Shown here one piece after another: positions 10,758-19,692 of a DNA stretch of 64,000 nt; position 1 is the stretch's first letter, and the number at the start of each line of letters is the position of its first letter. The translations under genes and the position numbers were made by a program. The notes below the pieces were generated by a model. That model was given only the letters and a program-made list of their open reading frames with translations, was not told the origin of the DNA and ran no database searches. The DNA is from Candidatus Poribacteria bacterium (GTDB taxonomy: Bacteria > Poribacteria > WGA-4E > PCPOR2b), in the NCBI GenBank assembly GCA_965215015.1, contig OZ244042.1, positions 2,048,001 through 2,112,000 on the forward strand, read 5' to 3'.

Positions 10758-10810
10758 ATGCGTATTTTTATCCTCGTGGCTTGCCTTTGGCTAGCCACGA
10801 GCCCCCTTGA
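10758..10810 (+). pseudogene. Stub of a third PD40 copy (signal peptide only)
   Basis: MRIFILVACLWLATSPL matches the copy 2 start at a further 994-bp offset, then similarity stops. Confidence 0.7.
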
Positions 10811-10897
10811 GAGCACATTGGTGTATAATACCTGTTTTGCCAAAGATCTGCCCTACTCCTTCCCTCACCTGCTATTCAAATGACCCTCGCATCAGTC

Positions 10898-11398
10898 CTA
10901 ACTCTCTTTAACCCCGCGCCAGGGGCCCGTGATAGCGAGTGTCATCCCCGCACCTTGGATGTTGACAAACAGTGTGCTGCCCTCCGGCGAACTCTGACTT
11001 GTTGCGTGAGTTCTTGGCGAATCTGTGAAGTGTGCCTTCTGGGGTGACGCCCACCAGAAATTGCGTCCCGGGTCCAGCCTCACATAGGATAAGATCGCCC
11101 CACGCCACTTCCATCTTTTCGCTAACTGCAACTGCGTCAGAGGTCCAAGAAAAAATTTATCTGTCCACTGTTTCCAATTTCGAGTATCGGCACTTTTCAT
11201 GTCGCGGATTGCCATTGCCTGAAGGCGTCCACCTGTCCCTGTCTTCGTATCGTAAACAACCGTTGTTGTGCCACCGAGCTCCGGTTTCTTTCCTTTTCCC
11301 GAATCGTAAATCCTTTCGGTGCCAATTTCTCAGAGTCTCTTATCGTGGGCAAATGATTGGATTTTCTGTAGAAAATCACGGCGGGGTATTGTGTTCAT
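10898..11398 (-). pseudogene. phoX: Multiply deleted PhoX (DUF839) alkaline phosphatase relic
   Basis: Tat-like MNTIPRRDFLQK, then LGGTTTVVYDTK, GGRLQAMAI..SADTRNW, WGDLILCE, SEFAG, TLFVNIQ..GMTLAITGPW within ~500 bp, with a stop and frameshifts. Confidence 0.75.
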
Positions 11399-11781
11399 AA
11401 CTGTACCTATGCTATCATAAATTTGGCAATCACTAGCTTTCATGAAGAGACACTCGGAATTCTCCTTTTTAATCTATCTAATTTTGCCGCCAAGCTCCCG
11501 CAGCTCAAACCCTTTGGGGAGGGGATGTCGTCAGCCAAAGTGCGTTGATATACAAAAACGATTAAATTTGTCAGTAAAATGGGATATAATTGTTTGGAGA
11601 AACGGACGCACCACCGAAAATGGTTAGCAATCGTTTTGCCACACTCCGACGGGCTTGGGTTATGGTGTTTTCCGTCTCACCCGTGGTTCATTGACCTACA
11701 AGAATTGACTCAATGTAGAGCCCCCTCCCCCCACCAAATACCCAGTGGGTTGTCCGTCAATTCCTGGGCCATTGAATCTGT

Positions 11782-11909
11782 TTCCCCCTGCTTGCGGGGG
11801 GATTGAAGGGGTGCCTCTATTTCCCCCTGCTTGCGGGTGGATTGAAGGGGGTGCCTCTATTTCCCCCTGCTTGCGGGGGGATTGAGGGGGGTGCCTCTGT
11901 CTCCCCCTG
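11782..11909. repeat. Three tandem ~40-bp units containing the CCCCCTGCTTGCGGGGG hairpin (REP-like)
   Basis: Units at 11782, 11821, 11861; single copies near 43998, 52397, 52757. Confidence 0.85.
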
Positions 11910-11969
11910 GATTCGGTTTGTCAAATGTCAACAGAACCTAGCGACTTAGGTTATAGAAAGGAAAAAATT

Positions 11970-13532
11970 ATGAACAACATCCCGGATTATACCTCACGTG
12001 TTCCTCACTACACCTTCGCTGACACCCTCGAAGAACAGGAGGAACAACTCAAAACCAATCCACTGATGCTCCGACTGATCGAGTCGCGCAAAGGGTATGC
12101 GGGTGATTCGCACCGTCCCATCTACCATTACGTGAATCCCGAAGCGATGCTCAACGATCCCAACGGACTCTGTTTCTGGGGAGGAAGATGGCATCTGTTC
12201 TATCAAGCATATCCACCGGAGGATACCCGCCAGCATTGGGGCCATGCGATGAGCCATGACCTCATCCACTGGCGAGATCTGCCCTACGCGATTTATCCGA
12301 ATCCCGAAAGATGCTGTTTCTCCGGTGCAACATACGTCGAGGAGAATCGGGTGATCGCTATGTATCACGGCACGGAGGTGGGCAATATGGTCGCCGTGTC
12401 GAGCGATCCGCTGCTATTGAATTGGGAAAAGGTGACGGGCAAGGCTGTGATTCCGATGAAAAATCCGGACGGGTCGACCCCACCCTACCGTGTATTCGAT
12501 CCGTGCATCTGGAAGAAGGATGGTGTGTACTATTCTCTTTCAGGGGGGATATTGCCACATGGACCCGGCGGCAAACGGATCCGTGCCAACTTCCTGCTCC
12601 GCTCACCGGATTTAGCAAATTGGGAGTATCTCCACCCCTTCGTCGAGGATGACCTGTACACATTAGTAGGCGATGACGGTGCTTGTCCCTACTTTTGGCC
12701 CATCGGGGATCGGCACATCCTCCTATTCTTCAGCCATATGAGCGGTGGACAGTATCTGTTAGGCGATTACGATAAAGATCGCGACAAGTTTGTTGTGACA
12801 GCAGGGGCGAAGAACAATTTCGGTGCCGCAGCCCCCGCGGGCGTACACGCGCCCTCCGCAACCCCCGATGGCGACGGAGGACTCATCTGTATCTGGAACA
12901 TGAACCCCGCGAAGCCGACCAAAGGGTGGAATCAGATTATGACCTTGCCCCGACGCTTAACACTCGCCTCAAGAGATGAATTGGCGATCGAACCTGCCGG
13001 AGACATTGAGTCGTTGCGCGGCGCGCATCAGGCAATCGGTGGAATGACGTTGCCTGCGAATCAGGAGATACCCCTCCAAAATATCAACGGGAACGCCATG
13101 GAAATCGTCGCGGAGATTGATCCGAAGAGCGCGCCTATGGTCGAAATGAATGTCCTCCGCTCACCACAAAAGGAGGAGTACACCCGGATTGCGTTCTTCA
13201 GGGAACGGGGGTTCAGAAATCCAGATTTGAATCGGGAAGGACGAGATAGCTTAATAACGATTGATTCCTCGTATTCGTCGATCTCGCCGGATGTGCTTTC
13301 ACGCGCCCCCGAAACCGCCGCTGTTTTCATCGAACCTAACGAAACGCTCAAGTTACGCGTGTTCATCGACAAGAGCGTGGTCGAAGTCTTCGTCAACGGG
13401 AAGCAGTGTGTTGCGATGCGTGTCTATCCTGAACGTGAAGATAGCGTTGGGGTGTCGCTCCGTTCTCAAGGGCAAGAGAGTGAACTCAGATCACTCAGCG
13501 CATGGCAGATGGAGAATATCTATGAAGCGTGA
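11970..13532 (+). CDS. Glycoside hydrolase family 32-like protein
   Basis: LNDPNG, WHLFYQ, HWGHA.S.DL.HW, FSG, C-terminal LRVFIDKSVVEVFVNG; start moved to ATG 11970. Confidence 0.85.
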   Translation: MNNIPDYTSRVPHYTFADTLEEQEEQLKTNPLMLRLIESRKGYAGDSHRPIYHYVNPEAMLNDPNGLCFWGGRWHLFYQAYPPEDTRQHWGHAMSHDLIHWRDLPYAIYPNPERCCFSGATYVEENRVIAMYHGTEVGNMVAVSSDPLLLNWEKVTGKAVIPMKNPDGSTPPYRVFDPCIWKKDGVYYSLSGGILPHGPGGKRIRANFLLRSPDLANWEYLHPFVEDDLYTLVGDDGACPYFWPIGDRHILLFFSHMSGGQYLLGDYDKDRDKFVVTAGAKNNFGAAAPAGVHAPSATPDGDGGLICIWNMNPAKPTKGWNQIMTLPRRLTLASRDELAIEPAGDIESLRGAHQAIGGMTLPANQEIPLQNINGNAMEIVAEIDPKSAPMVEMNVLRSPQKEEYTRIAFFRERGFRNPDLNREGRDSLITIDSSYSSISPDVLSRAPETAAVFIEPNETLKLRVFIDKSVVEVFVNGKQCVAMRVYPEREDSVGVSLRSQGQESELRSLSAWQMENIYEA

Positions 13533-13671
13533 AACGTGAGAAAAACACCGCAGAGACGCCCAGAGCACCGAAGGTGTAGGTCAAGTTTCCATACTCGACG
13601 CCTACTCGAAATAACCAAATTCACTACAATCGGGGTTGTTGAATGGCGAGCATCGATTTTCTCAATATATC

Positions 13672-14013
13672 TGAGGGGTGGTCATAAATCCAATTCGTGA
13701 AATCGTGCCACCGGAGGGGCAAATTTCTCAGAAGTTGGCAGGGTTAGGACGTCTCTGTATCCCAGATTCATACCGATTCTTGGAGGGGACGGAGGGTGCC
13801 CCATCCGTATCATCCGTTTAAGCCGCGATTCAACCCCTCAATTACCTGAGGGTGGTCATAATTCGAGACACATTATAGTGGAATTCAAGGGAGGGTACCT
13901 GGGTCAATCGTAGGGGCTTAGTTTCCAAGCCCGACAGGTTGGGAGCCCCCTCCCCTACGCATGAGAGGTGTTGAGAAGTATACGCATCAAAACCTATTTA
14001 TGAGCACCCCTCA
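13672..14013. mobile_element. Two adjacent TGAGGGTGSTCATAA-family TIR elements, the second containing a GTAG REP doublet
   Basis: Left ends at 13672 and 13847, right end TTATGAGCACCCCTCA at 13998-14013; the REP doublet at ~13909-13960 recurs at ~21216-21266. Confidence 0.6.
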
Positions 14014-14089
14014 AGTGAGGACGGTTCATCTATTCGTCCCCTTACAACTCATCTCACTGCTACCCAATCGGGTGGAAGGAGAAACTGTA

Positions 14090-15826
14090 ATGCCAAGAAG
14101 TCATCGCCCCTCGGTCCGTGGGAAACGGTACGTTATCTCATCGGTGCACTACCTCGCAACAATGGGCGGGGTGCGTATCCTCGAAAGTGGCGGTAACGCC
14201 GCCGATGCCGGCGTCGCTGTCGGCATTTGTATCAATGTGCTTCAACCCGGATTCACCCATTTTGGCGGTGTCGCACCGATTATCTACTGCCCGGCGTCGG
14301 GCGAGCCCGTAGAAACCATCAGTGGATTGGGACGCTGGCCCAAAAAGGCAAGCATTGACTATTTCCGAAAATATCACAACGGCGACCTGCCCCCCGGAAT
14401 TTTGCGAACCGTCACACCCGCATCGCCCGATGCCTGGTTGACAGCGTTGGCGCGATTCGGCACCATGACCTTTGAACAGGTCATACAGCCCGCGTTAGAC
14501 CTCGCCGAAAACGGTCACCCGGTCGATGACCAGTTCCAGGCATTCGTCAGTGGGGAGCTAGGAGGTGAGCTGTCAACCACTGCCGTATTCAATCCCGATG
14601 GGTATATTCCGCAAATCGGGGAAATCTTCTGCCAGAAGGATTTGGCGAACACATTCAAGCGAATGATCAACGCTGAACGGAGAGCGGGAGGCAATCGGGA
14701 GACAGGAATCAGAGCCGCACGCGACCTAATCTATAAAAACGAGATTGCCCACGAAATTGCCGATTTTCACGCGCAGGAAGGGGGACTGTTGACCTATGAG
14801 GATCTCGCTGCATTCTCGGTTCGGGTCGAGCCGCCGACGCACATCTCCTACAAAGGCTATGATGTTTACACCTGCGGCCCTTGGTGTCAGGGGCCGACCC
14901 TAAACATGGCGTTAAAGATTCTCCAAGGCGTTGATTTGCAAGGGATGGGGCATCAGTCCGTGGACTATCTCCACACAATTATCGAAGGGTTGAAATTGGC
15001 GTTTGCGGATCGCGAGGCGTATTTCGGCGACCCCGATTTTGTGCAGGTGCCGATGGCGGGCTTGCTTGATGAGCGGTATGCTGCCGAGAGACGGGTTGAG
15101 ATTGACCCACAGCGCGCCGCTAGCGACATGCCGCACCCTGGAAATCCGTGGCGATTCCATCCGGAGCCGCGCGGCAAAAACGGCCCTTTCCCGACTCTGA
15201 ACCCAAATCGCCCGCAACCGGAGCGGATAGCACAATGGGAGAGCGATACCAGTTACCTCTGCGTGGTGGATGAGGAGGACAACGCCTTTTCGGCGACACC
15301 CTCAGATGTGGTCGGTTGGTCTCCCATTGTTCCGGGGTTGGGATTTCCCGTCTCAGGGCGAGGTACGCAGATGTGGCTTGATCCAGCACACCCTTCCTGT
15401 CTGCAACCGTGGAAGCGTCCACGCCTCACCCCAAACCCCGCGTTGGTTCTGAAAGATCGAAAACCCTTCATGCCGTTCGGATGTCCCGGTGGGGATGCAC
15501 AGGTGCAGGGGATGCTACAAGTGTTTCTCAATATCATCGAGTTCGGGATGGAACCGCAAGAAGCGATTGAAGCGCCCCGCGTCATCAGCCACAGTTTTCC
15601 GAATTCGTTTTGGCCCCACGGCTCGCTGCCCGGCAAGGTAACGGTTGAAGCTCGCATCGCCCCGCAGGTGCGCGAAACTTTGCGAAATCGCGGGCACCTC
15701 ATCGAAGATGATGACGATTGGAGTGCAGGGGTCAGTCGTGTGTGTGCAATCACTATCGATCCGGAAACAGGCACGCGTGCCGGTGGTGCCGATCCACGCT
15801 CTACGTCGTATGCAATAGGTTGGTAA
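14090..15826 (+). CDS. ggt: Gamma-glutamyltransferase family protein
   Basis: GGNAADA, FADR..Y.GDP, nucleophile DTSYLCVVD, KRPRLT, PGGD.Q, GGADPR; GAAGGAG RBS. Confidence 0.9.
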   Translation: MPRSHRPSVRGKRYVISSVHYLATMGGVRILESGGNAADAGVAVGICINVLQPGFTHFGGVAPIIYCPASGEPVETISGLGRWPKKASIDYFRKYHNGDLPPGILRTVTPASPDAWLTALARFGTMTFEQVIQPALDLAENGHPVDDQFQAFVSGELGGELSTTAVFNPDGYIPQIGEIFCQKDLANTFKRMINAERRAGGNRETGIRAARDLIYKNEIAHEIADFHAQEGGLLTYEDLAAFSVRVEPPTHISYKGYDVYTCGPWCQGPTLNMALKILQGVDLQGMGHQSVDYLHTIIEGLKLAFADREAYFGDPDFVQVPMAGLLDERYAAERRVEIDPQRAASDMPHPGNPWRFHPEPRGKNGPFPTLNPNRPQPERIAQWESDTSYLCVVDEEDNAFSATPSDVVGWSPIVPGLGFPVSGRGTQMWLDPAHPSCLQPWKRPRLTPNPALVLKDRKPFMPFGCPGGDAQVQGMLQVFLNIIEFGMEPQEAIEAPRVISHSFPNSFWPHGSLPGKVTVEARIAPQVRETLRNRGHLIEDDDDWSAGVSRVCAITIDPETGTRAGGADPRSTSYAIGW

Positions 15827-15856
15827 ATCGACTTACAATCAGAGAGGAAAAATCGT

Positions 15857-16819
15857 ATGCCTTTGACTTTTGACATGTCGTTAGCGGAGTTGGAAACCTA
15901 TCAAGGCAGGAACCCACGTCCCGATAACTTTGATACCTTCTGGGAGGAAGCACTTGCGGAGATGCGAGAGGTAGAACCACAGATTGAGATCTCGCCCGCG
16001 AGCTTCCAGACCCCCTTTGCCGAATGTTCGGATTTATATTTCACCGGTGTCGGTGGTGCAAGGGTTCACGCCAAACTCCTCCGCCCGAATAACGCATCCA
16101 ATCCCCAGCCAGCAGTGTTGATGTTCCACGGTTACTCCGGCGATGCCGGCGATTGGTTGGGCAAATTGGGCTACGCCGCCCTCGGTTACACCGTCGCAGC
16201 ACTCGATTGCCGGGGGCAGGGCGGTTCGTCGGAGGATACGGGCGGTGTTACAGGGTGGACATTGCGCGGACATATTATCCGGGGGCTTGAGGATGTGCCA
16301 GAGAAACTTCTCTACCGCCAGATTTTTCTGGATACAGCACAACTTGCAAAGATTGTAATGGAAATGCCAGAGGTGGACGAAAATCGGGTCGGGGCGACTG
16401 GCAGAAGCCAAGGCGGTGGATTGACGCTCGCCTGTGCAGCACTAGAACCCCGCATCAAACGCGCAGCCCCTGTGTTTCCGTTCCTCTGCGATTACCGGCG
16501 GGTGTGGGAGTTGGATCTGGCAAAAGATGCCTACGCCGAATTGGGCGAATACTTCCGCAAATTCGACCCGCTCCACGAGCGCGAAGATGCGATATTTGAG
16601 AAACTAGGCTATATCGATGTGCAGTACCTATGTCCACGTATCCGTAGCGAGATTTTTATGGGGATAGGGTTGATGGACACTATCTGTCCGCCTTCAACGC
16701 AATTTGCCGCTTATAACAAGATAAGGGCAGACAAGTCATTAGCGATTTTTCCCGACTTTGCCCATGAAGACCTGCCGGGACACGGGGACCGGATCTTCCA
16801 GTTTATGAACGGGCTTTAG
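15857..16819 (+). CDS. Acetylxylan esterase / cephalosporin-C deacetylase (CE7/AXE1)
   Basis: FHGY, DCRGQGG, GRSQGG, D.ICPPSTQFAAYN, HE. Confidence 0.9.
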   Translation: MPLTFDMSLAELETYQGRNPRPDNFDTFWEEALAEMREVEPQIEISPASFQTPFAECSDLYFTGVGGARVHAKLLRPNNASNPQPAVLMFHGYSGDAGDWLGKLGYAALGYTVAALDCRGQGGSSEDTGGVTGWTLRGHIIRGLEDVPEKLLYRQIFLDTAQLAKIVMEMPEVDENRVGATGRSQGGGLTLACAALEPRIKRAAPVFPFLCDYRRVWELDLAKDAYAELGEYFRKFDPLHEREDAIFEKLGYIDVQYLCPRIRSEIFMGIGLMDTICPPSTQFAAYNKIRADKSLAIFPDFAHEDLPGHGDRIFQFMNGL

Positions 16820-16850
16820 TCCTTATCCCTCCTCCGACTTAGACAGTTAA

Positions 16851-17441
16851 ATGATGAAAACCCCAATCTTCCAATCTACTCTGTGGGTATTGCTTCTGTG
16901 CCTGATTGCCGTTACGGGGTACGCCGATGAAAGCAATCTTTTTACGCGACTAGATCGGGACATATTCGATGCAATCTACGATGAACCGCCCCGAAGAGAA
17001 CCCCTCGGCACCATCATGGAGGTGGGCACCTACTTTGGTGATGGCAGAACAATGCTCGGGATTGCTCTCCTCCTAATGGCTTATGGGGACGATAAGAACC
17101 GTAAAACGGGTAGGCTGATGACCTCCACTTTCATCAGCACAGGCGTAATCGTTTGGGGGATGAAGAGAATTATCGGACGTAAGCGCCCCCTTGACGATGT
17201 GGATAATCCGGCGTTTCCATCCGGCCACACCGCGTACGCTTTCGCCGGTGCGACCCTCCTTGGAAGGCAGTATCCCAAACTCCGTATTCCGCTCTATATC
17301 GGCGCGGGATTGGTCGGCATCACCCGAATCTATCTTGGCAGGCACTACGCCTCCGATGTGATTGCCGGTGCAGCGGTTGGCACAATCACCGGGGCACTCG
17401 TCTCACACCATCGTGCGAGCTTGTTAGAGTGGCGGTTTTGA
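16851..17441 (+). CDS. PAP2 family phosphatase
   Basis: KRIIGRKRP, FPSGH, RIYLGRHYASDV. Confidence 0.9.
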   Translation: MMKTPIFQSTLWVLLLCLIAVTGYADESNLFTRLDRDIFDAIYDEPPRREPLGTIMEVGTYFGDGRTMLGIALLLMAYGDDKNRKTGRLMTSTFISTGVIVWGMKRIIGRKRPLDDVDNPAFPSGHTAYAFAGATLLGRQYPKLRIPLYIGAGLVGITRIYLGRHYASDVIAGAAVGTITGALVSHHRASLLEWRF

Positions 17442-17589
17442 TTGAAAGGGGTAATATAGCTTGGCTTTGAGGTGCTAAGCTATTTTGACACACACCGCAC
17501 TCTGATGGCGTTGCGGGGATCCATTGATTCAGGCGTGAATGGTGCATGATTCAGTAGATAGTTGCTAGGGCGTGTTGACATTTTGCTTT

Positions 17590-18768
17590 CTACTCCGTCC
17601 GCAGGCGCGGATCCAACGCATCACGAACGGCATCCCCGAATAGATTTGCCGGTAAAACCAATCCAAACATAAACAGAAACGCAGCAATCAGATTCCACCA
17701 GACCACCGGATCGCGAGCTAACTCCAAGCGGGCGGTATTAATCATGTTGCCCCAACTGCCCGTCGTCGGATCTACACCGATCTGGAGATAGGTCAGCAAT
17801 GCTTCAAAGAAAACCAATCCACTAAAACGCAGGATAGCAGAGATAAGCACGATGTGCATGACGTTTGGGACAATGTGTTTGAGGAGAATCTTCCACCGAC
17901 TGACGCCGAACGCTTCTGCGGCTTGGATATATTCCAGCTCTCGTAGCTTGAGGGTTTCGCCGCGTAGGAGCCGACACAACCCCGTCCAACTGCTAATCCC
18001 TAGGATGAGACAGAGGTTGAACAAGCCGTGCCCAAACAAGAGCATGAACGCAGCAATCAGTAGAATGCTCGGAATTGACGCAAGGGTGGAGTAGATATAC
18101 TGAACGATGTCGTCGACTCGACCTCCAAAATAGCCAGCGAGCACGCCAAAGCAGAGTGCAAACGGAATCGCAGTCAGAGTTGTGAACCCTCCGATAATTA
18201 ACGCCGTCCGAATCCCTTTAAGCGCACGATAGAAGACATCGGTGCCGACCTTGTCCGTCCCAAACAGGTGTGAACGTGGGTGTTGTAGCGGTGGATGTTC
18301 GCGGGTAACGCGTCCATCGAGTTGTTGGATTGTACTCTTGGTGTAAAGGTGGGTTGCAAGCGGTGCAGAATAGGTTTTTTCGGTCTTTTCGCGCAACGGC
18401 GTACAGAGCCGATCAAGCAGACTCCACCTTCGCGGGGAATAGATTAGTTGGCCCGCTTCGTTACGAACCAGTTTTCCATCCGAGTTGAACACCGGATCAT
18501 TCCAACGGATGCTATCAAGGAATCCAATCAGGGTATAGACCGATAGGATAGCAAAGGAGATCATCGCCAGCCGACGCACGCGGACCTGACGGACAGCATT
18601 TCGCCAATACTCCCGACGCACAGCATACCGAATCAAAAGGATTGCCGCCGCGATCACCGCAATCAGGAGCAGGTTATGGTAGGCACTAGAACGCCAGATC
18701 CATGCAATTCGGTCGCTAAAATGGATGGCCCCTGTTGTCTGATCCATTCCGATGAGAAAGATGGACAT
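17590..18768 (-). CDS. Peptide/nickel ABC transporter permease (DppC/OppC-like)
   Basis: HLFGTDKVG.DVF, EYIQAAEAFG (EAA loop), NLFGDAVRDALDPR. Confidence 0.9.
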   Translation of the reverse strand: MSIFLIGMDQTTGAIHFSDRIAWIWRSSAYHNLLLIAVIAAAILLIRYAVRREYWRNAVRQVRVRRLAMISFAILSVYTLIGFLDSIRWNDPVFNSDGKLVRNEAGQLIYSPRRWSLLDRLCTPLREKTEKTYSAPLATHLYTKSTIQQLDGRVTREHPPLQHPRSHLFGTDKVGTDVFYRALKGIRTALIIGGFTTLTAIPFALCFGVLAGYFGGRVDDIVQYIYSTLASIPSILLIAAFMLLFGHGLFNLCLILGISSWTGLCRLLRGETLKLRELEYIQAAEAFGVSRWKILLKHIVPNVMHIVLISAILRFSGLVFFEALLTYLQIGVDPTTGSWGNMINTARLELARDPVVWWNLIAAFLFMFGLVLPANLFGDAVRDALDPRLRTE

Positions 18769-18810
18769 TGCTATTTGTCCTCAACGAGCTGACATCAATA
18801 GCGTAAGCCC

Positions 18811-19638
18811 TTACAGACGTGGCAGCGGGCGTGGCAGTGTGTCATGCGGGTGAACTAGTACGTGACGCTCGTGCAACTGAGCCAAATGACGAAGTCGCTC
18901 CGGGCTGGCGGTCTCTAGCATCAGGTCGGTGTACATGCCGCCGATTTTGAACCCGTGTGCCACAGGGCAATGATGGCGGAGGTATTCATCCACGCGCGCA
19001 ATTCCTTCCTCTGTTACTCCCTGCTTAATCAGATTCATCGTAAACATGCGCCGACGCTTACTACCCCCAAAAGAGGCGTGGAGGGTATCGTGATAGAAGA
19101 TTGCCAGATCACCGGGATCCGTTTCTAAGGCGACATTCCCCGGAACCTCCGAGGGCGGAAGCCCCCATAACTCTTCAGAATCCCTCGGCGACACATTCTC
19201 CGCCCGCCAATAGGAATCGGGGCGATGACTGCCCGGCATAACGCGCAAACAGCCGGTATCGCGGCGCAGTGGATCCAGATAGTATGCTATTTTGATCGCG
19301 AAGAGTTCAGGATATCCGCCATCGGCGTGCCAGCCGGTATCCCCACTGTAGTAGTTGCCGTCGCCCGAAGCATAGTTAAAATCGTCCCCCAAAATGTCGG
19401 AGGCAATACCGACAACGCGTGGGTCATCAAGCAGAGTACAGAGCTTTTCACTGTGATCGATTGTCGGCACGATCATGGTCCGGTTTGAACCGTCGTGTTC
19501 ATCGCCCTTCCCGTAAGTATCAAGGACGTGCTCAAACTCTTCGGTAATCCAAGCGACCTCATCCGGCGTGAAAAGTTGTGGAATGTGAATAAAACCGAAG
19601 GTGTGGAAAAAGTTGAGCTGTTGTTCTGTAAGGTACAT
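18811..19638 (-). CDS. Phytanoyl-CoA dioxygenase (PhyH) family protein
   Basis: WHAD, GCLRVMPGSH, PGD, LHAS, RR. Confidence 0.88.
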   Translation of the reverse strand: MYLTEQQLNFFHTFGFIHIPQLFTPDEVAWITEEFEHVLDTYGKGDEHDGSNRTMIVPTIDHSEKLCTLLDDPRVVGIASDILGDDFNYASGDGNYYSGDTGWHADGGYPELFAIKIAYYLDPLRRDTGCLRVMPGSHRPDSYWRAENVSPRDSEELWGLPPSEVPGNVALETDPGDLAIFYHDTLHASFGGSKRRRMFTMNLIKQGVTEEGIARVDEYLRHHCPVAHGFKIGGMYTDLMLETASPERLRHLAQLHERHVLVHPHDTLPRPLPRL

Positions 19639-19692
19639 GGGAACACCTCTCTCTATGGATACAAATGGTGAGAATTCTTCGTTTGTGAAAAG

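Noticed and set aside
13961-14089. N-terminal extension of ggt (likewise 11925-11969 and 8653-8769)
   Set aside because: Extensions run through repeat ends or the upstream gene; better RBS at the downstream ATG
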